Positions 8,349-17,346 of a stretch of DNA of 27,108 bases are shown here, in pieces. Under the pieces are notes generated by a model. The model saw nothing but the letters and a program-made list of their open reading frames with translations, did not search any database and was not told the origin of the DNA. Every line of letters begins with the position of its first letter. The stretch's first letter is position 1. Source of the DNA: Candidatus Thorarchaeota archaeon. Lineage in GTDB: Archaea > Asgardarchaeota > Thorarchaeia > Thorarchaeales > Thorarchaeaceae. Location of the stretch: assembly GCA_016839445.1 (NCBI GenBank), contig JAEOUG010000159.1:1-27108 (forward strand). Reading direction: 5' to 3'. The position numbers were made by a program, and so were the translations under genes.

Positions 8349-8966
8349 GTGCCGATGACTGATGATCTTGAACTCATGGTGAAGTACCTCATTCACCTGC
8401 AGTTCTACTCGGAAGAGGAGGATGTTCTCTTCAGTAGAGACAAGAAGCATCGCGTCTCTATCAAAGGGATAGGCCCGGTGGTCACTGCATTCGAGAATGT
8501 CTTCACACGGAATATCCATCTCATCAGACGCAAGGAGTTCCGAGCCTTCCTTGAGGAAGTCTCGAAGACCGTGCCTTTTGACATCGAGCCGGTACTTCTC
8601 GAGTTTCTCAGAAGTGTAAGGGAGATCGGAAGCCACAATCTGTCGAACGAGTTGGCGGCCAACTTCCTCATTGGCCCCATCAGGTCTGCACTCCAGACAC
8701 GCGAGTTTGAACTCTGCATGTATGACATCAGGAGGGACGCCATCGCCCGAGTTGGAGGCGACGACGGCAAGAAGACCGTCGACGAGCGGATTAGTCACTT
8801 CTATTCACACAATGACTTCCTCGTTTCGATGTTACACAATCTAGCACTCCTGAAGTTGCTCACCAAGATCTTTGGCACTGAAGAAGTTCAGGACAGTGTG
8901 GGGATGGTCTTTGAGCAATTCTGTCAAGACCTTACGAGAAAGCTCTCAGAACGCTCCTACACTTGA
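8349..8966 (+). CDS. Hypothetical helical cytoplasmic protein
   Basis: 205-aa ORF co-oriented with its neighbours, protein-like composition, AATATAT at about 8314-8320 upstream. The start may be ATG 8355. No family recognised. Confidence 0.75.
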   Translation: MPMTDDLELMVKYLIHLQFYSEEEDVLFSRDKKHRVSIKGIGPVVTAFENVFTRNIHLIRRKEFRAFLEEVSKTVPFDIEPVLLEFLRSVREIGSHNLSNELAANFLIGPIRSALQTREFELCMYDIRRDAIARVGGDDGKKTVDERISHFYSHNDFLVSMLHNLALLKLLTKIFGTEEVQDSVGMVFEQFCQDLTRKLSERSYT

Positions 8967-9029
8967 AATAGCGTGAATGAAGTTCTCAGACATCTTATAT
9001 TCATAACACCCGAGCATCCCGCGGAGAGT

Positions 9030-11828
9030 ATGAGATTGCGTGGAAAGCACGTTCTATTCATCCTAGTGATTATGCTCTCAATGCCCTTGCTTGCAGTGCC
9101 GAATCCATCCACGGTGGGAATCGTGCAAGCGGAGGACTTGAGACCGGAATCCAGTCCTGAAGGCACTGGTCTACCTTCAGAGATTGCCTATCAGGATTTG
9201 CGAATCGCCGTCTATGCGGAACCGGACACGAGTCTGCCTCCCTATGCCACTGGCGGTACCTACACGGACAACTTTGAGAATGTCTACAACTTCTTCGAAG
9301 CCATGGGCTATGAGGTAACAGAGCTGACAACAGGTCAGATTCTTGCAGGACTACTTGTCACCGCAGACTTCGATGTTCTTGTCCTCGTAGACAACCTGCC
9401 CCGTGAAGACATTACAAACAACATCATGGACTTCTGGCTTGGCGGTGGGTCAATTCTCAGCTTCAATAGCGCCATAGGGTTCCTATTCTACTCAGGGATG
9501 CTCGATGAGCTGTTCACAGGCACTTTCCAGCTCGCGCCGGTCGCAGTCCCCGGAATGTGGGCATACTACATGACGGATAACACAACAGTTGCTCAGCGCC
9601 ACCCTGTGACCATCGACTTCGTCGAAGACGAAACCCTGGTTGACATGAATGGAAACATCACAATCTGGAACAACATGGACATGCCAGGTATCCTTGGCGA
9701 GCGACTAATACCCCTCTGCATGCACAACTCAATCCCAACCATAGGCTACGCGTTTGCATATGACGACCCTGACCGCGGTGGCAAGATTGTGCAACTGCCA
9801 GGCACCTGTGAGGTGCTCTCAGATTCAATCCGAGCCCTGACGGTCGCAGCCGTTGATTGGCTTGCTCCACGGCCAAAAGCGAGGATTCTCTTCGACCTTA
9901 GCCATCAGCCCTACTACGGAGTCGACATCTGGGATCCAAATGCGAATTTCGGTGACCGGTTCTATAGATGGAGAGACCTACTCGTCAACAGGTCCTACGC
10001 TTTTGACAAACTCACGATTGACGGCGCAGGACACCTTACGCCAGATCTTCTTGAGAAGTATGATATGCTCATCATAAACACGCCTGACACCAACTTCACT
10101 ACTGACGAGTTCAACGCAATTGGGGATTGGGTCAATGATGGTGGAGGCCTCTTCGTAATGGGAGAGTGGAATTTCTCCGCCTTCGCTTACTCCAACCTCG
10201 TTGTCAACACTCTGGGTAATCTGTTTGAGATGAGTCTCTTCCTTGATACTTACTACTCAGACGTTACGCCAACCTCTCTTGGTACGCATCCGATTTTTGA
10301 GTCAGCAACCACGCTTGGATACGCTGGCGGTTCGTACGTCAACTTCACAGGGACTGCATATCCACTGTATGTCGACGGACCAAACGTCATAATGGCGGCC
10401 AACACCCATGGCGAGGGGAGAGTGATACTCCTAGGCGACATCAATCTAGCATCTAGTCATATGGAGCAGGCACCCGGAAACCGCGAGTTCGCGATCAACG
10501 CGGCTAACTGGCTTACGTCCGGCGATGCTAACATCCTTGTCTATGCAGACACTAGTGAAGGAAACCATGATCCTAACGAGAATGTCTACACGGGCCCTGT
10601 AGCACAGGCACTATGTGACCTGGGGCTGAAATTCCAGCTGCACTACAGCATCCTCTTCTTCAACCTCGCCCTGCAGGAGAAGGAGTGGGACATGGTTGTA
10701 GTTGACAACAACAATCATGGCATCTCGTCGTACTTCGATGAACTGCTCGCCTATGTGGAGTCAGGAGGCAAGCTGATCATGGCCACATGGGGATACTCAT
10801 CTTCCCTCGGAGATGGTCTCTTCGCCTATTTGGGATATGAATACGCTGGCCCGATGTACGACATTCCGCCTCAAGTGCACATCTGGGATGATGGGCATCC
10901 AATCTTCAACTACCCGCAGAACCATGTTGGCACGTACTACAACGCTAGTAGTGACTTCGGCTACGGAGTAGAGGGAGCAAACCTCGACACTCTCAATAAC
11001 GGCACAGCTTTGGCAGGCTTCGACATGACACCCGGCTCGGATAATGCAAGTATCATCCTGGGCGCGGGAGGTAGAGCCATCAGCAACGCGATGCTGCTGA
11101 CCTTCTATATGGATGACATGGATGACTCCACCTATCCGGATGCTGTGGAGCTCTGGGAGGCCGAGATTGCATTCCTTTACTTCGAACGACCAATGCTCTC
11201 AGACCAAGCCAACATCGAGTATGAGGCTGGTACAACTGGACATACAGCCCATTGGACCTACACTAGTGGAATCCCTGCATTCTACGTGCTCCGAGTTGAC
11301 GGGGTCATAGAAGAGACGGGCAGGGTGATTGACCCAAGCCTGCTGATTAGCATGGACGGCTACGCCCCCGGAACATACACAATCCGTCTGACTGTCTTCG
11401 ATAGAGCGCTGTATCCGGTCTCAGACACCTTCGTGCTGACTGTGACTGACAGCGTGGACCCCACAATCGATAGTCCAGCAGACTTGTCGTATGTTGTCAA
11501 TTCAACAGGCAACGAGCTCACGTGGCTTGTGTCGGACGATTACCCCGATGTCTACAACCTGTATGTTGACAGCGTGTTGGAGGACACCGGCGTCTGGTCC
11601 AGTGGCGCACTCGTTGTCGACATTGACGGACTAGACCTAGGTCTCTACAACTTCACCCTTGAGATCCTCGACACGTCAGGGAACAGCGTAAGCGACACTG
11701 TAATGGTCAGAGTAGTTGCGGGTGGTATCAGCCCAGTGGTGCTTGGCGTTGTCGGCGCAGGAATCGCCGCAGCAGTCATCATCGTGCTGATCATCTGGAA
11801 CTCCAAGAAGGGCGCTAAGCCCGAGTAG
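9030..11828 (+). CDS. Large cell-surface glycoprotein: three GATase-like/DUF4350 (GIFT-like) domains, two Ig-like repeats and a C-terminal TM anchor
   Basis: Signal peptide from ATG 9030 (MRLRGKHVLFILVIMLSMPLLA), with CTTATATT about 30 nt upstream. Motifs RILFDLSH, WVNDGGGLFVMGE, GEGRVILLGD. Repeats end SDTFVLTV / SDTVMVRV. Many N-x-S/T sequons; TM helix plus KKGAKPE tail. Confidence 0.85.
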   Translation: MRLRGKHVLFILVIMLSMPLLAVPNPSTVGIVQAEDLRPESSPEGTGLPSEIAYQDLRIAVYAEPDTSLPPYATGGTYTDNFENVYNFFEAMGYEVTELTTGQILAGLLVTADFDVLVLVDNLPREDITNNIMDFWLGGGSILSFNSAIGFLFYSGMLDELFTGTFQLAPVAVPGMWAYYMTDNTTVAQRHPVTIDFVEDETLVDMNGNITIWNNMDMPGILGERLIPLCMHNSIPTIGYAFAYDDPDRGGKIVQLPGTCEVLSDSIRALTVAAVDWLAPRPKARILFDLSHQPYYGVDIWDPNANFGDRFYRWRDLLVNRSYAFDKLTIDGAGHLTPDLLEKYDMLIINTPDTNFTTDEFNAIGDWVNDGGGLFVMGEWNFSAFAYSNLVVNTLGNLFEMSLFLDTYYSDVTPTSLGTHPIFESATTLGYAGGSYVNFTGTAYPLYVDGPNVIMAANTHGEGRVILLGDINLASSHMEQAPGNREFAINAANWLTSGDANILVYADTSEGNHDPNENVYTGPVAQALCDLGLKFQLHYSILFFNLALQEKEWDMVVVDNNNHGISSYFDELLAYVESGGKLIMATWGYSSSLGDGLFAYLGYEYAGPMYDIPPQVHIWDDGHPIFNYPQNHVGTYYNASSDFGYGVEGANLDTLNNGTALAGFDMTPGSDNASIILGAGGRAISNAMLLTFYMDDMDDSTYPDAVELWEAEIAFLYFERPMLSDQANIEYEAGTTGHTAHWTYTSGIPAFYVLRVDGVIEETGRVIDPSLLISMDGYAPGTYTIRLTVFDRALYPVSDTFVLTVTDSVDPTIDSPADLSYVVNSTGNELTWLVSDDYPDVYNLYVDSVLEDTGVWSSGALVVDIDGLDLGLYNFTLEILDTSGNSVSDTVMVRVVAGGISPVVLGVVGAGIAAAVIIVLIIWNSKKGAKPE

Positions 11829-11836
11829 CATACTGA

Positions 11837-11872
11837 AGAGCCCGTCAGCAGGCGGGCTCTCTCCTGCTTTTT
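11837..11872 (+). terminator. Hairpin plus T-tract, putative terminator
   Basis: AGAGCCCGTC-agca-GGCGGGCTCT (10-bp stem with one G-U) 8 nt after the stop, followed by CTCCTGC and TTTTT. Confidence 0.65.
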
Positions 11873-11909
11873 CGTCTGGCACTTGCTGGTCAGTCTTGAG
11901 AAGTAGTGA

Positions 11910-12004
11910 GCAGAGGGAGTCGGCAGAGTATAGTGGGGTAAGGAGGTTGAGTGATTGAGTTTGATGATATAGCTGGGAAAACTCAGTCTGCCGAATTCCT
12001 CTGC
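11910..12004 (+). repeat. Intergenic 18-bp imperfect inverted repeat enclosing an inner hairpin; possible structured RNA
   Basis: GCAGAGGGAGTCGGCAGA (11910-11927) pairs with TCTGCCGAATTCCTCTGC (11987-12004) with one G-U and one mismatch. Inner stem TGAGTTT/AAACTCA. Confidence 0.6.
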
Positions 12005-12053
12005 GTTGGGAGAAGTCGTGGGGTCGCATAATATGTAACTTCGTATCACACGG

Positions 12054-12608
12054 TCAGATATTGAGTTCCTCGATGTGCTTGAAGAACTCCCTAGTCAGAA
12101 AAGACCTGTACGAGAAGCCGCCCCAGCCCGATTCTCGCATCAGGACATCAATGTCGCCTAGTAAATCATCCTTCGCCATTGTCCTTACATCGAATATCTC
12201 GAACGTGTCTATTGGCTTCATGTCGCCTCCGAGGGGTCTTGCCAGAAAAACAAAGGATCTCCAAGGAATGATCTCATCGCGGCAGACCACATCGAGATTG
12301 AGGTCGAGTACGAATCGCTCAAGCTCTACTTCAAGTCCGGTCTCTTCAAGCATCTCACGCTTGGCGGCCTCGATGATGCTCTCGCCTGGCATTGCTCCGC
12401 CTGATGGCGCCCTGTAGATTCCGGATCGAGCGTACTGGTGCTTCTGAATGACAACATAGAGGCCATCGTCCTGACGGATGAAGCAAGTGACATCGTGGTT
12501 TCTCCCCTTGTCACGGCTTCGTTTCACAAGGCCGCATTCGAAGTCGAGAAAACGAGTCCTGTAGGTGAGCTGCTTGGGAACACCATACCTGGCAACTATC
12601 TCGTTCAT
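12054..12608 (-). CDS. NUDIX hydrolase
   Basis: Complete Nudix box GGAMPGESIIEAAKREMLEETGL (GX5EX7REUXEEXGU). Confidence 0.92.
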   Translation of the reverse strand: MNEIVARYGVPKQLTYRTRFLDFECGLVKRSRDKGRNHDVTCFIRQDDGLYVVIQKHQYARSGIYRAPSGGAMPGESIIEAAKREMLEETGLEVELERFVLDLNLDVVCRDEIIPWRSFVFLARPLGGDMKPIDTFEIFDVRTMAKDDLLGDIDVLMRESGWGGFSYRSFLTREFFKHIEELNI

Positions 12609-12743
12609 CTCTTCTGAGTCGATGTCGTTCAGGATGCTCGCCAGTGGCTCTGGTTCAACGCTTCATTATAGGACTTGTGGCACGGCAGGTTTTTGAGAAA
12701 AGAGAGCTTATGATAGAGGTCGCAATTGAGTGGAGGCTCACTG

Positions 12744-13280
12744 ATGGAGAAGAGGCTTGGTGAGATACTCATCAAGACGTATCTTGGAGACATAACCGAT
12801 CTCGCAGTGGATGCCATTGTCAATGCAGCTAATTCTGACCTCTGGATGGGCTCGGGCGTAGCAGGAGCAATCAAGTCCAAGGGCGGTGATGTGATTGAGA
12901 GAGAGGCCCTTGCGCAAGGACCCATCCGTCCTGGCGAGGCCGTGATCACTTCGGCAGGATGCCTCTCCGCCAAGCATGTAATCCACTGTGCGGGAATGCC
13001 TCCTGGAGGGAGAGCTACGTACTGGAAGGTGCTAGCATCCGTTCAGCATGCCTTGAATCTTGCCTCCAAGTACGAGTTGAACAGCATAGCATTTCCATCC
13101 ATTGGGTCGGGGGTGGGTGGACTCACAAGAGAGGAATCTGCAAAAGCCATCCTCAAAGGAATCACACAATACGCAGAGAAGCCAGGTTCAGTGAGGGAAA
13201 TCACTCTAGTGGGCCACAGCAAGGCAGCATGTGATTGCTTCTGCAGAGCCATTGAAGACTGTCAGGAGCACAGAACGTGA
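12744..13280 (+). CDS. Macrodomain protein (MacroD/YmdB/Af1521-like ADP-ribose binder or hydrolase)
   Basis: GDITDLAVDAIVNAAN, MGSGVAGAI, GEAVITSAG, VIHCAG, IAFPSIGSGVGG. ATG 12744 follows GGAGG. Confidence 0.93.
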   Translation: MEKRLGEILIKTYLGDITDLAVDAIVNAANSDLWMGSGVAGAIKSKGGDVIEREALAQGPIRPGEAVITSAGCLSAKHVIHCAGMPPGGRATYWKVLASVQHALNLASKYELNSIAFPSIGSGVGGLTREESAKAILKGITQYAEKPGSVREITLVGHSKAACDCFCRAIEDCQEHRT

Positions 13281-13774
13281 GGCAATGGACAATCAATGGA
13301 GTTGCGGTCAGTCTGGAGCTCGGACATGAGGACGATTCAGATCTAGACCTTGTTCTCAAGACCGAGAGCATTCCTCTCGGGCTCACTCCTGGGGGCGTCA
13401 TCGGTAGTGGAGGAACAATAGGAGGATTCGGAATAAGCGTAACAGAGGCAAGTTCTGCGAATGTCATTCTCCACTGGCCCGCGATTTCCTTCGAAGATCC
13501 TGACAGGCGATCCGCAATCTACGAGGCTGCGAGAAACGCGCTAGAGGAAGCAGAGAGACTTGAACTCAAACGAGTCGGGCTCTTCACCCTTGGACTGGAA
13601 GTGTCCCGAATACCCAGTTGGGAAGTGGCCAATGAAATGACACGGGCAGTCGTCGAACACCTGAAGGACCAGACCAACCTGCAAGCGGTCGCCTTCGTTG
13701 CAGGTTCTGCAATGCAGGTGAGTTCTCTAGAGTTCGCTCTCAGCAACCAATGGACGTTCTCCTCAGACGGATAG
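13277..13774 (+). CDS. Degenerate macrodomain-like protein
   Basis: GTGA start/stop overlap with the upstream macrodomain gene. The C-terminal half parallels the macro fold (VILHWP; IYEAARNALEEAERLELKRVGLFTLG; EVANEMTRAVVEHL; LQAVAFVA), but GDIT, NAAN and the Gly-rich phosphate loop are lost. Confidence 0.7.
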   Translation: MRQWTINGVAVSLELGHEDDSDLDLVLKTESIPLGLTPGGVIGSGGTIGGFGISVTEASSANVILHWPAISFEDPDRRSAIYEAARNALEEAERLELKRVGLFTLGLEVSRIPSWEVANEMTRAVVEHLKDQTNLQAVAFVAGSAMQVSSLEFALSNQWTFSSDG

Positions 13775-13788
13775 TCCTTTGGAGCCCA

Positions 13789-15147
13789 TCACATCTTCAG
13801 ACGTCTTCTCGCTGCATCCGCTGACTGGACAAGGGGATCCCATGTGTCACAGATTGCGGGAGCATAGCAGTTCTCGAAGTCAAACAGCTCGGCTACATCG
13901 ATGTCTTGCTGTATGCCCAGAGTCAGCACGTTGAGACGCATGGCCGCATCCTCAACTCCTACGAGCTGCCCGCCCACGAGCTTCCCAGTCTCCTTGTTGT
14001 AGTAGGTCTTCAGCTTCAGGTCATTCCCGCCAGTGAAGTAGGGAGGCTTCGTGCTACCCTTGATTGACCCCTTTGCTACGGGAACACCCCACTTGTTTGC
14101 AGTATCCTCAGTGAGGCCGGTGCTCGCAATCTCTAGGCCGAAGAGCTTGGTGACTTTTGCACCAACGGTTCCAGGGAAGCTGACATCTCCTCCGGCTGCA
14201 TTTATACCCGCCACACGACCCTGTCTAACTGCCACCGTCCCGAGGCCAGCCACAATGCCAGTTCCTGTTATGAACTCGGGGCTCTCTGCGCAGTCTCCCA
14301 CGGCATACACATTCTCGAGATTCGTCATCATCTTCTCATTGGCAACAATGCCTCTGCTCTTGCCGACATTCACACCAATACTCTCAGCAAGGTCTGTCAC
14401 TGGACGGACTCCTGTAGCCACTACCACGAAGTCGGCTGGGATCTCCGTCACCTCTTCCGTCTGACGGCTCTTCACGATGACGCCCTCGGGTGATTCTCCT
14501 CCGGTGATCTTCTGAGCTGCAGTGTTTGTGAGTATCTTCAAACCATGCTGACGGCAATGCTCTTCGACGATGTCTGCCATGTCGGAGTCAACCATAGCTA
14601 GGAGGCAGTTTGGAAGGAACTCCACCACAGTGACTTCTAGACCTCGTTCTACGAAAGCCTCCGCTGTTTCCATTCCCACAAGCCCACCACCGATGACAAC
14701 GCCTCGCTTTGCGGCCACAGCTTCGTTGGCCAAGACCCTGGCATCGTCGAGGGTCCTCAGCCCGTAAACTCTCTCCTTGTCCAGACCTTCAATCGGGGGG
14801 TCTGCATTCCGCGCACCTGTAGCGAAGATGAGTGCATCATACTGCAGTTCTCCAGATTCATCTCCTTCAAAGGTAAGCTTCTTGGCATCGTGCTCGATGC
14901 GAGTGACTCTCGTACCAAGTTTGGCATCTATCTTGACAGACGCCCAGCTCTCTGGAGGCATCAAGACAAGGTCCTCGAAGTCCTTCACCTTACCTGAGAT
15001 CGTATAAGGAAGCCCACAACGGGAGTACTGAGAGTACTTCTCTTCATTGAATATCGTTATCTCAGCGTCTCGGCTGAACTTCCTTGCTTGAAGGGCGGCC
15101 GTGGCTCCTGCAGCCCCAGCACCGATAACAGCGATTCGCGTTGCCAT
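13789..15147 (-). CDS. CoA-disulfide reductase / NADH oxidase family flavoprotein
   Basis: FAD motif IAVIGAGAAG, redox-Cys motif YSRCGLPY, ATGA, NAD motif VIGGGLVGME, YAVGDC, C-terminal YAP. ATG 15147 follows AAGGAG. Confidence 0.92.
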   Translation of the reverse strand: MATRIAVIGAGAAGATAALQARKFSRDAEITIFNEEKYSQYSRCGLPYTISGKVKDFEDLVLMPPESWASVKIDAKLGTRVTRIEHDAKKLTFEGDESGELQYDALIFATGARNADPPIEGLDKERVYGLRTLDDARVLANEAVAAKRGVVIGGGLVGMETAEAFVERGLEVTVVEFLPNCLLAMVDSDMADIVEEHCRQHGLKILTNTAAQKITGGESPEGVIVKSRQTEEVTEIPADFVVVATGVRPVTDLAESIGVNVGKSRGIVANEKMMTNLENVYAVGDCAESPEFITGTGIVAGLGTVAVRQGRVAGINAAGGDVSFPGTVGAKVTKLFGLEIASTGLTEDTANKWGVPVAKGSIKGSTKPPYFTGGNDLKLKTYYNKETGKLVGGQLVGVEDAAMRLNVLTLGIQQDIDVAELFDFENCYAPAICDTWDPLVQSADAARRRLKM

Positions 15148-15168
15148 TGGACTAGCTCCTTTGACTGA

Positions 15169-17337
<2,169 letters not shown>

Positions 17338-17346
17338 GAGCGTTGC

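Noticed and set aside
8964-9029. ORF 8349-8966 and the surface-protein ORF are in the same frame, separated by one TGA (possible selenocysteine or read-through fusion)
   Set aside because: The downstream protein has its own TATA-like box and signal peptide at ATG 9030, and the TGA is not in a redox-motif context. Same-frame adjacency happens one time in three by chance.
11962-11990. Possible C/D box sRNA or SECIS (TGATGA inside the hairpin)
   Set aside because: There is no properly placed box D (CTGA) downstream and no selenoprotein candidate nearby. It is kept only as an unclassified structure.
11645-12049. Minus-strand ORFs 11645-12049 and 11676-12029
   Set aside because: They are largely antisense to the surface-protein C-terminus and its terminator, with no recognisable protein features.
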